From: a virus | Taxonomy: Duplodnaviria > Caudoviricetes | Direction: 5' to 3' (one strand) | Virus record (IMG/VR): IMGVR_UViG_3300010222_000170 | Location: 1 to 43,181 of that record | Length of the DNA stretch: 43,181 bases | In this document: positions 26,067 through 35,717 of the stretch, one piece after another | How positions within the stretch are numbered: the first letter of the stretch is position 1 | Layout of the letters: every line of letters begins with the position of its first letter | Translations under genes and position numbers: made by a program | Notes under the pieces: model-generated | What the model was told of the DNA's origin: nothing | Databases searched by the model: none | What the model saw: only the letters and a program-made list of their open reading frames with translations

Positions 26067-27215
26067 TTAGGACGAGACGCCGGTGAGCTGCACGATGCCG
26101 TTCACGCCGCCGGGCTGTGCACGGACCCACGGGATGCGCGAGGAGACGAGCCGGTGCTTGCGACTTGCGCCACCGTCGACGTCCCACGCGGTGTTCGTGA
26201 CGCCTTGGGCGTTCACGACGCCGAAGTACCGCGGATCGTTGAGCAGCATGACGACGTGATCCTCGTTGAGCCGCGGCGCGGGAACCCACGTCAGGTAGGG
26301 GTATTTGCGGTTGAGCCGGTCGATGAGCGGCTCGTCGGTCGCGCTGGACTCGTAGTCCTGGCGCATGACGTTGCCCCACAGCGTATAGGGGACCATGACG
26401 AGCCCGCCGATCTCGGAGACGAGCGGCACGTCGTCCTCGTCGACCACGTCGGTCTGCTCTTCGATGGTGTCGTGAAGTGCGTCGATGTCCGAGAGCACGT
26501 TGCTGGGGTCACTCCAACCGTTGGAGTTGGCTGCTTGGAGTACCGCGTCGCTACTGGGATTGTCAAGCCCGCCGATGGTGAACGAAAGCCCCTCCATCTC
26601 GAAAGTGCCGCCCCAGCCGTTGTAGAGGATGCCGTGCTCCTTGCGATTCAGCGCGCGCCGCGCTTCGCGTGCCGGACGCGCTTCGGGGTCCTCGCCGTAG
26701 GCACGTCGGACCTCCATCTCCCGACCCCCGAGCTTGTAGGTGACGTAATTGATCGGCTGGGCCACGCCATCGAGGCCGTTGCGCTCGCGGTCCTGCGTGG
26801 TCGTGCCTTGAACGTCCATCGCCGTCTCGGCCTCCATCCGGCCGGCCTGGAGCGGGCGCGCGTAGACGTAACTCGATAGGTCCGACGAGATGCCAAAGCC
26901 CGACCCGGCGAGCACGTCCATCACCGTCGAGCGGATGAACTGCTCGTCAAGCCCGTCCATCTCGTAGTCGATGCCCATCCGGTAAGGCATCGGCGACGCG
27001 GCCTCGATCTTCTCGCCGTCCTCGTCAGTGGAGGCGATGCCGGCCGCCGCATCGAGTTTCGTCCACACATCCGGCGAATGGCCCGATTCCGCGCGGATTT
27101 TCTTCAGCGCGTTCTCGCGGTGCTTCTTGATCGGGTTGAAAAACGCCGTGATGTGATCGTCCGATGCATCGTCCTGGAAATCGTCGTGCGTAACCGTCCG
27201 TGCAGTTGTGCTCAT
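26067..27215 (-). CDS. Major capsid protein (HK97 fold, encapsulin/linocin-like type)
   Basis: 382 aa after protease and decoration genes; E..ILYNG...IGGL..P pattern. Confidence 0.85.
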   Translation of the reverse strand: MSTTARTVTHDDFQDDASDDHITAFFNPIKKHRENALKKIRAESGHSPDVWTKLDAAAGIASTDEDGEKIEAASPMPYRMGIDYEMDGLDEQFIRSTVMDVLAGSGFGISSDLSSYVYARPLQAGRMEAETAMDVQGTTTQDRERNGLDGVAQPINYVTYKLGGREMEVRRAYGEDPEARPAREARRALNRKEHGILYNGWGGTFEMEGLSFTIGGLDNPSSDAVLQAANSNGWSDPSNVLSDIDALHDTIEEQTDVVDEDDVPLVSEIGGLVMVPYTLWGNVMRQDYESSATDEPLIDRLNRKYPYLTWVPAPRLNEDHVVMLLNDPRYFGVVNAQGVTNTAWDVDGGASRKHRLVSSRIPWVRAQPGGVNGIVQLTGVSS

Positions 27216-27703
27216 TAGTAGAACTCCACCACCGCGATGTCACTGTCAAGCGAGGAGTCCGAGATGGTTTCCCGGAGAACGCCAACGAACGTCGTCAGGG
27301 CGGTCGTTCCGTCCGTCTGAACGTCCGATAACTCGCCGTTGCTGTTCCATCCCACGTCGTCGCCCGCCGCCGCCGTCGAGGAATCCGCGAGCCGGGCGCG
27401 TCCCTTGTGGTAACGACGGAATCCGACCGTCTCGGTGTGGACGTCGGCCGCGATCGTCGCATCCAGTGGGCTCGCGTCAATGCCGTCGGTGGTTGTGACC
27501 CCTTCGGGCGGGTTGCGGGGCTCGCGGACGAGCCGTTTCGTCCGTGAGTTCTGCCCCGCGAGGACGACGGTCGTCTCGGAGCCCGAATCGTCGATCGTAC
27601 AACCCAAGCCGGGGCGGAGCTCCTCGTCGGCGAATCCTTCTTCGTAGTCGGCTTTGACGTCGAAGGTGTCCGCGATGACCGCGTTCGGATTCGAGATCGG
27701 CAT
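27215..27703 (-). CDS. Capsid decoration/stabilisation protein
   Basis: Between protease and MCP; EGFADEELRPG...AGD.V pattern. Confidence 0.65.
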   Translation of the reverse strand: MPISNPNAVIADTFDVKADYEEGFADEELRPGLGCTIDDSGSETTVVLAGQNSRTKRLVREPRNPPEGVTTTDGIDASPLDATIAADVHTETVGFRRYHKGRARLADSSTAAAGDDVGWNSNGELSDVQTDGTTALTTFVGVLRETISDSSLDSDIAVVEFY

Positions 27704-29001
27704 TATTCAGCCACCCCCGTTTCGAAGTCCTCGGCATCGTACTCCCCGTCGCCTCCGACCGACGCTTCGGCAGTTGAGCGCGCGCCACCCACCGCGGGCA
27801 CCGATGCCGCGCCCGGCGATGTCGTCTCGCTGTGGATGCGATCGAGGAACGACGATTCGAGGAGGTCCTCGCGGTCGTCCTCGTCGTACTCGTCGGACGC
27901 CTCGATCACTTCGTCGGCCTTTTCGGCCTTCGACTGGTGCTCAGTCGCCGCTTCGGCGATGTCGCCCACGTCGATGTCGTCCTCGGTCACGAACCCCTGC
28001 TCTCGGAGGGTGTCACCGAGCTGGTCGGGCCTCATCTCGCCGATCCGGGTCGGCGGATCGTCGTCGCCCGTTTCGGTCTCGTCGTCTTCGGTTCCCGCGT
28101 CGGTCGTGCCGTCCGCGCCGTCCTCGGGGTCGTCCTCCGAGTCCACGAGGTCGCGGGTCTGTTCTACTTCGTCGTCGTCCATCTCCGCGAGCACTTCTTC
28201 GTCGAAGTGGCTGTTCGCGGCGATGAACTCGATGTCGTCGTCTCTGTCAGTCATGCTGTTGTCGGAGTTGTCGTCCGCGTTGGGCCCGGATTCGCCGGAT
28301 CGACTGTCGCCCTGTCCGTTCGCGTCGGTGCCTGCGCCGCCGCCGCTCGCCTCAAGCGAGAACCCGAGGCGGTTGGCGAAACCGCGGAGCAGGCCGACGG
28401 CCTCGTCGTCGACGTCCACCGGATCGGCCGGCGAGGTGTCCGAGAGGGCCGCTTCAAGGCCGCCGTCGTCCGCCCACGCCGCCAGGTCCGGCCGGCCGCC
28501 GAGCTGGGCGGTGTTGCTCGGTGAATCCCCGAGACTGACGACGCTCAGATCGTGGAGCACGAGGTTTTCGGCGACGTACGCCCCGGTTTCGGGGTCGCGG
28601 GGGCCTTTTTGGAGGTCGGCGTGAATCGACACGCCGTAGGTCCCGCCGTTGACGCCCGCCGCGATGTCTTCGTCATGGGTTTCCGCCTCGTAGACGATCG
28701 CCTCGCCTTCCGGCGAGTACTGCATCGAGTTGGTCCCGACCGTTGCATCGACTGGCGGCGATCCGTCGTGGTCGGGGTGGTCCTTCGTCAGCTTCGAGGC
28801 GGCCTTCGAATAGCGGGCGTTCTGCAGGCTTTTCTCCGTGATGACGATGCGTTCGCCCTTGTTGTTGCGGAGGACGTCCCCCGCCGCCACGGCCACCCCG
28901 TGGATCGGCCACGGCCCTTCGTCGACCTCGGCCGCCGCTATCGTTTCGCGGACCTCCGGATGGTCGCGGACGTACGTCTCGTGGGTTTCTGGATCTTGCA
29001 T
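27703..29001 (-). CDS. Prohead protease with acidic scaffold C-terminus
   Basis: IHGVA...DH...GVSIH...DLSVVS.G pattern, long acidic tail. Confidence 0.75.
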   Translation of the reverse strand: MQDPETHETYVRDHPEVRETIAAAEVDEGPWPIHGVAVAAGDVLRNNKGERIVITEKSLQNARYSKAASKLTKDHPDHDGSPPVDATVGTNSMQYSPEGEAIVYEAETHDEDIAAGVNGGTYGVSIHADLQKGPRDPETGAYVAENLVLHDLSVVSLGDSPSNTAQLGGRPDLAAWADDGGLEAALSDTSPADPVDVDDEAVGLLRGFANRLGFSLEASGGGAGTDANGQGDSRSGESGPNADDNSDNSMTDRDDDIEFIAANSHFDEEVLAEMDDDEVEQTRDLVDSEDDPEDGADGTTDAGTEDDETETGDDDPPTRIGEMRPDQLGDTLREQGFVTEDDIDVGDIAEAATEHQSKAEKADEVIEASDEYDEDDREDLLESSFLDRIHSETTSPGAASVPAVGGARSTAEASVGGDGEYDAEDFETGVAE

Positions 29002-29055
29002 GGTTGGTATCACTCCTGCGGCGCACCCTGCCCGGCGGCGGTCAAGCCGTGTGGA

Positions 29056-29415
29056 TCAGCCGTGACGGACGATCGCTCGTGTGACGAACTCGCCGCTCGT
29101 CGGCGCGGTCGTCCCCGAAACGGCGACGGTCACCCGCAGCGGTTCGTGATGGCTCGTCACCTCGAACTCCGCGACGTCGCCCGCCGCAATGCTCGTCGCC
29201 GCCATGAGCTCGACCGCATCGTCGAACGCCGTCCCGTCGATGTCGTCAGTCCCGTCGAGCGAGACGTCGACGGCCTGATCGAGGTCGTTGACGAATCGGA
29301 GCAAGCGGTCGGTCGCCGTGAACTCGGGAATGCGGCCGGCTCGGTCCTCCGGGTCGACGGCGTAACGATGGATGTCGGCGTCGCGAATCGCGTCGCTGAA
29401 TAGCTGTTGTGTCAT
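29056..29415 (-). CDS. Hypothetical (possible virion) protein
   Basis: Acidic beta-rich 119-aa ORF within the head operon. Confidence 0.6.
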   Translation of the reverse strand: MTQQLFSDAIRDADIHRYAVDPEDRAGRIPEFTATDRLLRFVNDLDQAVDVSLDGTDDIDGTAFDDAVELMAATSIAAGDVAEFEVTSHHEPLRVTVAVSGTTAPTSGEFVTRAIVRHG

Positions 29416-29418
29416 GGA

Positions 29419-29514
29419 TTACGCTGCGGTCCGAGCGACATCGGTCGCCGACGCATTGAGCGTCAGTTGTTTCGTGTCAGAAACGACAGGGAGCCAGCTG
29501 CACCGGCAGCGAGC
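29419..29514 (-). pseudogene. Orphaned original 3' end of the head morphogenesis gene
   Basis: Encodes ARCRCSWLPVVSDTKQLTLNASATDVARTAA*, 18/22 identical to the current C-terminus at 30285-30350. Confidence 0.8.
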
Positions 29515-29515
29515 G

Positions 29516-30238
29516 TTACGCAATTAGAACAGGGTCGAAAACGTCGCGGAAGTGCCACTCGGCTTCGTGATGGCAGGACTGGCATAGTGACATGAGGTTG
29601 TAGTCTTCATTGGTCCCGCCGCAAAGCAGCGGGACGATATGGTGCAGGTCGGTTGTGGATTCGCCACAGTTCGCGCATGGTTCGCCCGCGTAGCGAGACC
29701 GGATCGTGTTCCACGACGGACCGGGGAGTTGCTTTTTCACGGCGTCGTAGACCGACTTCCCACCACGCCAGTTCGGGTGTTCTTGGCCAGTGACGCCTTT
29801 CATGCCGTTTTCGTCGCGGGCGGATGCTCCGAGCGCACCATGTTTAGCCCGGAGTTTGCTGGCGAGTTCGGGGTTTTCCTCCACCCAGCGTTGCAGCGAC
29901 AGTTCGCCATTCGCTGCAAGTTCGCGGTTCTTCTCATGGGCGGCTTTGACTTGTGCTTCGCGCTCCTCGGGAGTCATCTGGCTCCATTTGAGCTGTTCGG
30001 CTTCGGACTGCCCCCGCCGCTCAATACCCAAATGCCTTAACGCGCCTTGGATCGCCGTCCGGCTAACGCCCAGTTCATTCGCTACTGCATTTTCCGACAT
30101 TTTAGCATACAATTGGCGGATGGTTTCTCCACCCACCCGCTCAACGGTTAGGTGCTTCTCCTCGTGTTTCTTGCCGAAGTGCGATTGCAAACCCGGCTCA
30201 GTATCGAACGGTTCGGAGCAAGCAGGACACTCCACCAT
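29516..30238 (-). CDS. HNH endonuclease with C2H2 finger and HTH
   Basis: CANCG...DLHHIVPLLCGGTNEDYNLMSLCQSCHHEAE. Confidence 0.9.
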   Translation of the reverse strand: MVECPACSEPFDTEPGLQSHFGKKHEEKHLTVERVGGETIRQLYAKMSENAVANELGVSRTAIQGALRHLGIERRGQSEAEQLKWSQMTPEEREAQVKAAHEKNRELAANGELSLQRWVEENPELASKLRAKHGALGASARDENGMKGVTGQEHPNWRGGKSVYDAVKKQLPGPSWNTIRSRYAGEPCANCGESTTDLHHIVPLLCGGTNEDYNLMSLCQSCHHEAEWHFRDVFDPVLIA

Positions 30239-30263
30239 ACCTAACCATACGCACCGACACCGC

Positions 30264-31118
30264 TTAAGCCTTTACGCGCTGTTTTGAAGCATTGAGTGTT
30301 AATTGTTTCGTGTTCCCCACCACAGGAAGGAAAGTGCATCGGCAGCGAGCATGAACGGGGATGAGCCCGCGCGCTTCTTTGATGGTGTACGTGTTCCCGT
30401 TGAGCGATGCACAGATCGGGCAGACACGCTCGTCGCCCGCCGTCGAGAACTCCGCCTCGCCCGCCACTTCGTTGACACCGAGTTCGTCGTACCTGCTCAG
30501 AGTCGCATCCGCATGGCTGCGAATAATCTCGGTGCGGGCGAGTGTGGTTGATCGTGTTTTGCCGATCTTGCCGACTCGGTCGCTGATTCGGCGCGCGATC
30601 TTCGTGGGATTCTCGCCTTGCGCCAAGCCATCCGATAGTTCGCGAGCGATCTGTTGTTCGGTCGCCGAGACAACGCCCTCCCATTCGGTGAGCGTGCGGG
30701 TGTAAAGCGACTGGAGTTGCTCGGCGTGGACCGGGCGGTTGAACATCGCTTGGAGGTCTTGCTCGGGGAGATCCACACCCTGCGCACGGAGTTTTTCGTC
30801 GGCCTGACGAACGCCCCTCCCGTACGCCGACCGAACGTAGGTGTTGTCGTTTCGCGTGAACACTTCCACCCGCCCCTTTCGGGCTTGTTCGTCGAGCCAG
30901 TCGCGAAACTGCTCGACCTTCCGGTCATCGGTCTCGAACGAGAGGTTGTGAACCGGATCGGGCGAGCGGGCGGCCTGGATGCCGTCCGAGCGCAGCCCGA
31001 AGACATCTCGGCCGACGACATCCCGGCGAGCCTGGGCGTTGATCCGCCCCCAAACCCCACGGAGCCGTTCGGAGAACTCGTTGCGGAGCGTGGTCGTCCG
31101 CGTCGGGTCGGCGCTCAT
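30264..31118 (-). CDS. Head morphogenesis protein (SPP1 gp7/MuF family)
   Basis: LARTEI...TAGDERVCPIC..LNG...PVHARCRC. Confidence 0.9.
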   Translation of the reverse strand: MSADPTRTTTLRNEFSERLRGVWGRINAQARRDVVGRDVFGLRSDGIQAARSPDPVHNLSFETDDRKVEQFRDWLDEQARKGRVEVFTRNDNTYVRSAYGRGVRQADEKLRAQGVDLPEQDLQAMFNRPVHAEQLQSLYTRTLTEWEGVVSATEQQIARELSDGLAQGENPTKIARRISDRVGKIGKTRSTTLARTEIIRSHADATLSRYDELGVNEVAGEAEFSTAGDERVCPICASLNGNTYTIKEARGLIPVHARCRCTFLPVVGNTKQLTLNASKQRVKA

Positions 31119-32557
31119 TCATCGCCACCCGCCCCGTTGTCCCCACCGTCGGCGAGTGCGGGCGGCTGTTGACCGCCGTCTTCTATCCGCTGGCGTTCCT
31201 GCTCGACGTCCATCGGGGCGATCTCGGGCGGTGACACTTCGGGGAAGTCCCCCGATTCGACGAACTCCACCCAGTCCTCGCCGCTGTAGCCCGGCACGGC
31301 CGTCGCCAAGTTCTTCGCCGCCTTCGAGCGGGCGAGTTTGACTTCGGCGTGTTCCTGTTCGTCCTTCTCGGCAAGCGGGTCCCACTCGACGTCGAACCCA
31401 CCCCCCGACGGCGGGGCAATAACGCCGAATCGCTGCAACCGGATGACCATCTCGCGGGCGATCTGCGGCCCGAGCGTCTGCACGCGGATCTCGCGGATCC
31501 TGCCGTAGAACTCTTGGAGGTCCTTCGCGCCGGCCACCTCGCCAGTCTCGTTGCCTTTCAGTTTCTTCTGTGGGATCGTGGTCTGAGCGCTCAACGCTTC
31601 AATGAGCGCGTCCTGAACCGGACCAGGGTCAACCGCCTCGCCCTCAATTCGCTCCAAGTTAACGCCTTGCGTCCGAGCGAGCGGCTGGAGTTCGTCGATC
31701 ACAGAGGTCAGCTCGTTGTCGATGGCCTGCTCGTCCTCGGGGGAGACGCTAGCCTCCGGATCGATGTTCGCGTGAAACAGCGGCCGGGCGATCGAGTACG
31801 CTACCTCCGGCGCGCTCCCGAGTGTTTTCTGGAGGTCCGTGAGAATGTTATAGACCGGCTGTTGGGCCGGGGTCCCCCGGACCTCGTCGTCAAGCAGTCC
31901 TTCGGCGATGTGGAGGACGCGGTCGTGATGTACCCACCGCTCGGTCTTCCCGTCTAAATAGTCGTCATCGGTGGCGGCCTGATTCTCGTCGCCAAAGTCG
32001 ATCTTGTACCGCTTCGGTTTCCCGAAGCGTTGGGGCGAGTCGTCGTATTCGATGTCCTTCACGGAAACCTGCGAGAACGGACGGAGCCACCGGACGGCCG
32101 AGTCCACGCTATTGGATTGCAGCGTGCCCTGATCGACCGGATTCGAAAACTGCTGGTCGTCGCCGTCCGCCCATCCGATCATCAATACGCCGAACTGCCC
32201 GATCCGCGCGAGGAGGTGTGCGCGCTGGGCGTAGTGCCACAGCCGCGTCGCCCGCACGAAGTTCTCGACGTCTCGCTCGAACGGCGTCTCTTGGTCGCTC
32301 TCGGAGTCCGCGCGGTCGTTGATCGTAGGTGGGTCGCGCCACGCGGTCTGTGCCGGGATTGACACCACCGCGTTCGCGAAGGGGTTGCGGAGGAACGCCG
32401 CGTAGTAGTCCTTCGCGCTCGGGTCCGGGTCCCAGCCGAAATTCTTGTAGTAATCCCGGCGACCACCGTACGCGTAGCCCATCGCGAACGCGATCGCCGC
32501 GGTGCTGCGGCGGAACGTCCCCGTGCTCGTAACGTCCTCGGTTGGTTCTACCGCCAT
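31115..32557 (-). CDS. Portal protein (DUF1073-like)
   Basis: After TerL; VHHDRVLH, IPQKKL.G...G, F..EW.PL motifs. Confidence 0.85.
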   Translation of the reverse strand: MAVEPTEDVTSTGTFRRSTAAIAFAMGYAYGGRRDYYKNFGWDPDPSAKDYYAAFLRNPFANAVVSIPAQTAWRDPPTINDRADSESDQETPFERDVENFVRATRLWHYAQRAHLLARIGQFGVLMIGWADGDDQQFSNPVDQGTLQSNSVDSAVRWLRPFSQVSVKDIEYDDSPQRFGKPKRYKIDFGDENQAATDDDYLDGKTERWVHHDRVLHIAEGLLDDEVRGTPAQQPVYNILTDLQKTLGSAPEVAYSIARPLFHANIDPEASVSPEDEQAIDNELTSVIDELQPLARTQGVNLERIEGEAVDPGPVQDALIEALSAQTTIPQKKLKGNETGEVAGAKDLQEFYGRIREIRVQTLGPQIAREMVIRLQRFGVIAPPSGGGFDVEWDPLAEKDEQEHAEVKLARSKAAKNLATAVPGYSGEDWVEFVESGDFPEVSPPEIAPMDVEQERQRIEDGGQQPPALADGGDNGAGGDE

Positions 32558-33846
32558 TGGTTGCCTCCACGACGGTTTGCGGGCGTGCCGAACGCTCCGG
32601 CGGAGGGGGCTCCGTCCGGCGTCATGTACGTGAACAGCGCGTAGCGTAAACTATCCATCAAATGATCATTTACCTTCTCCGGCGTGTCCTGACCGTCCTT
32701 GTACTGATACTGCGAAAACTCGTTGCGGAGGTTCTGACACGTTTCGACCACACGAAGTTTCTCGCGCATCGACGAGACGTGCTGGATGCCGGGCGTCACG
32801 TCGTTCTCGGCCTTGCGGGCGTCGAGCCCGTCGCGCTGAAACTGGTCGATGTTCGCCGGTTCGGAGGGGTCACAGTAGACCGCACCCGGTCCCCAGCGAT
32901 CCTGCATATCCTGCATGGCGCGGCTGTGGTCGTTGACCGTCTGACGGGTCTCGTAGTGTTCTTCAACCGCGGTCCACGTTTCGCCGTCGCGGACCAACGC
33001 GAGGATCGTGCTCGGGTTGTTGTGGCCCCAGTCGACGCCGTAGATGACTTCGTCGTACTGTTCGGGCGTTTCGGAAACAAGGTTGCCGTCGTCGAACCAC
33101 GGATAGATGAGGCCCTCGAATCGAGTGAACTGCCCGAGGACCTCCTGTTCGTAGAACTGGCCCTCGTACTGTTCAAGGATTTCGTCGGTGTATATGTCGG
33201 GGAGATGTGGGTTGTCCTTGCTCGAAACGCCGGTGACGAGGTTGGTGTTATCGAGTGCCTCGTCGGGGTCGACGAACGTATCGTACACCCAGTTGAACCC
33301 CTTTGGCGTCCCGGAGACGAACGCGTTGATGTAATCGCCCTCGCGGAGACGGCCGACCATCACGTCCCACGCCGTCTTCGCGATGGTGGAGGGTTCGTCC
33401 ATCCCGAACCACGCGATGTTCGGGCCGCGCAAGCGCTGGATCTTGCGGTCGTTGTCAGCCGACTCGAAAATCACCGTCGAGTCGTTCGGGAGCGTCCATC
33501 GGTTCTTCGAGGGGAACCACTCGCCGATCTGCAGGTAACCCCACTTCCGCAGCTCGGGGATCAAAACGTTGCGGAGCGAGGGGACCGTCGGAACTACGAC
33601 GACGCCAGTCCGGCCGGGGTTCCAAACCTGTGCGTTGAGGGCGATCCGCTGGATGAGGGCCGTCGTCTTGCCCGCACCGATCCCCGTAACGATCGCGTGA
33701 TAGGTCTCGCCGTAGTTGAGATACTCGCGCTGGTACGGGAGCGGGTCAAGAACATCGTCGGCTTGGTCACGTTCGAACTCCGGCGCTGTGGGCTCGGTGA
33801 GCGGTCCGGTCTCGAACGGTTCGTAGCCCCGTGGCGTCGTGCTCAT
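32548..33846 (-). CDS. terL: Terminase large subunit
   Basis: Walker A GIGAGKT, Walker B FGMDE, GTPKG coupling motif, nuclease GVDWG and NDHLMDSLRY. Confidence 0.95.
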   Translation of the reverse strand: MSTTPRGYEPFETGPLTEPTAPEFERDQADDVLDPLPYQREYLNYGETYHAIVTGIGAGKTTALIQRIALNAQVWNPGRTGVVVVPTVPSLRNVLIPELRKWGYLQIGEWFPSKNRWTLPNDSTVIFESADNDRKIQRLRGPNIAWFGMDEPSTIAKTAWDVMVGRLREGDYINAFVSGTPKGFNWVYDTFVDPDEALDNTNLVTGVSSKDNPHLPDIYTDEILEQYEGQFYEQEVLGQFTRFEGLIYPWFDDGNLVSETPEQYDEVIYGVDWGHNNPSTILALVRDGETWTAVEEHYETRQTVNDHSRAMQDMQDRWGPGAVYCDPSEPANIDQFQRDGLDARKAENDVTPGIQHVSSMREKLRVVETCQNLRNEFSQYQYKDGQDTPEKVNDHLMDSLRYALFTYMTPDGAPSAGAFGTPANRRGGNQWR

Positions 33847-34352
33847 GCGTCGTCGGGTACGGCGTTATCCGGGACGACGAGCGGGATCGGCGCTTGGGCT
33901 TCGCCGAGGTCTTGGTCTTGCCACGTCTCGGGGTAGCGCTGTTTGAGGACGGTCTGCATGGCCTGCGGGTCCTGGTCCTCCATCGCCGTCTCCCACATCT
34001 GCTTGCTTTTCTTGGATTCGTCGTAGCCCAACGCGCGCGCAAGCCGTCCAAAATACTCCGTATAGATGTTTTCTTTGCCATCCTTGGCATCGCGCTCACC
34101 ACGGTCGAACCAGTTCTTGTGCGTTTGGTGTGAAATCTCGTTTAACCGGCACGCGGCGACGAGTGGGGTGCCGTCTTCGACCGCGACGGCGATCCCTTCT
34201 TGGCGTTCGTGGGTGAGTTTCGACGGGCGGCCGCCGTCACGGTGCGTTTTGCACGGGCCGTGATCCGTGTCGGTACCCCATCCCGCATCGTGCTGGCAAG
34301 GGTCGCCACTGCTGGTGTCGGTACTCCCGCACTTGTCTCGATCGTCACTCAT
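33843..34352 (-). CDS. terS: Terminase small subunit
   Basis: Directly upstream of TerL; Cys/His N-terminus, GRPSKL and HTH-like segment. Confidence 0.75.
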   Translation of the reverse strand: MSDDRDKCGSTDTSSGDPCQHDAGWGTDTDHGPCKTHRDGGRPSKLTHERQEGIAVAVEDGTPLVAACRLNEISHQTHKNWFDRGERDAKDGKENIYTEYFGRLARALGYDESKKSKQMWETAMEDQDPQAMQTVLKQRYPETWQDQDLGEAQAPIPLVVPDNAVPDDA

Positions 34353-34363
34353 GATTGTAGTAT

Positions 34364-34412
34364 CGCCCGCCCCGAGACTCGAACTCGGGTGCGTCGGCCT
34401 GGCCGAACGGGC
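34364..34412 (-). ncRNA. Mini tRNA-like element (acceptor stem plus T arm)
   Basis: GCCCGTT/GGCGGGC 7-bp stem, CGGC-CAG-GCCG hairpin, CCGAG-TTCGAGT-CTCGG T arm. Confidence 0.6.
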
Positions 34413-34432
34413 ACGACACCGCAACCGCAGCC

Positions 34433-35716
34433 TCACCAGTCCTGCCCGACGACCCAGTGCGCGTAGATATCGCTGCTGTCCTGCGGTTTCGCGGCGACGA
34501 CGCAGATGTCGCCGTCGAGAATCCCGTGCTTGGCGCGGATCTCCCCCGAACGAACCCCCGCCGAGGACCCGAGGCCGGATTCCCGGGTCTGGTCGTAGGC
34601 GATCTGGTAGCCGCCGGGGTCGCCGGCCACGTCCGTGACCGAGCCGCCGACGTAGGGGAACTGCTCGACATCGGTCGAGACCTCAACCGCCGAGTTGGCC
34701 CCGCTGTGAGACTCCGGGGTGACGAAATCGGCGTCAGTCAGTTGCGACCCAGTACCGTCGCGGACGTTAGCGGGATCGCAGGCGATGGCGACGACGGTTG
34801 CCGCCCCCGCCGTGAGGTCGATGTTGCGCAGCTCGACCGAGACGTTGTGGTCGGCGGGGCGGCGGCGAAGCGCGAACAGCGCCTCCCACGCGCCCGTCTG
34901 GTCGGGGGCGAACGGGCCCGCCTCCGAACCCTTCGTCCGGACCACGCTGTCGACATCGCCGAGCGTGACGAAGGACATCGAGCCGGCGTGAACCTCCAAA
35001 TCGGACGTGCTCGGGTCGGCCGCGACCTCGACGACGGCGTGGCCGTTGGCGGCGATGGGGCCGCGTCCGCCCAGGCCCGTGTTGTCGTCGGTTGGCTCGG
35101 AGGAGGTCGTCGCTATCTCGCGGTTGATCTGGTTGCTTCGGTCGCCGGTCCACGTTTCGGTCCACTTCGCTTCGCCGACGTTATACCAGTTATAGTTGAG
35201 CACCCACCGCTGAAACGTCGTCAGCGCGCGGATGACATCGACGGTTTGCTTCGCGCCGATGACCGCACCCCCTCGCTTCTCGTACACGTCGACTGCATCT
35301 GACGCGTGGTCGCCGCGATGTTCGAGGAAGTACCCATCGGCGAGGTCGCCGTCGGGACTCGTATCCAGTCCGAGCGTCACGCGGTCGTCGCCGGCGAGCT
35401 CCTGGTTGACGCCAAGCGCTATCGAGAGTTCGGAGACGAAGTTGACCGTGTACCTGAATCGTTCGGCGGTTTTGAACAGCAGCGTGTCGCCGCCGTCGGG
35501 CTGGAGGACGAAGACGTCCTCGTCGCCGGTTCGTCGGTCGTCGAAGTAGTCGTAGGTGGCGAGGTCCTCGTACTGGAGTAGTTCGCGCGACCCGTTGCGA
35601 TAGAAGCGGTATCGCTCGGGGTTGTAGCGGTAGTGGCTGGCGAGATCGGCGTTGTTTTGGGTCGTTCGCGCCAGTTGGTTCCCAAACGCGTCCTGCCAGC
35701 CGTTGACTGGGTTCAT
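34433..35716 (-). CDS. Hypothetical beta-rich (possible virion) protein
   Basis: 427-aa acidic ORF, TAERFRY and YNWYNVG motifs. Confidence 0.65.
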   Translation of the reverse strand: MNPVNGWQDAFGNQLARTTQNNADLASHYRYNPERYRFYRNGSRELLQYEDLATYDYFDDRRTGDEDVFVLQPDGGDTLLFKTAERFRYTVNFVSELSIALGVNQELAGDDRVTLGLDTSPDGDLADGYFLEHRGDHASDAVDVYEKRGGAVIGAKQTVDVIRALTTFQRWVLNYNWYNVGEAKWTETWTGDRSNQINREIATTSSEPTDDNTGLGGRGPIAANGHAVVEVAADPSTSDLEVHAGSMSFVTLGDVDSVVRTKGSEAGPFAPDQTGAWEALFALRRRPADHNVSVELRNIDLTAGAATVVAIACDPANVRDGTGSQLTDADFVTPESHSGANSAVEVSTDVEQFPYVGGSVTDVAGDPGGYQIAYDQTRESGLGSSAGVRSGEIRAKHGILDGDICVVAAKPQDSSDIYAHWVVGQDW

Positions 35717-35717
35717 G

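Noticed and set aside
29516-30238. HNH as cargo of a self-splicing intron or intein
   Set aside because: The host gene has its own stop and a duplicated 3' end, and there is no room for an intron core or intein motifs
29449-30350. 66-bp diverged duplicate as a DGR template/variable repeat pair
   Set aside because: Differences are not adenine-specific and there is no reverse transcriptase in the window
34364-34412. Functional tRNA gene
   Set aside because: No anticodon arm or proper D arm; kept only as a tRNA-like element
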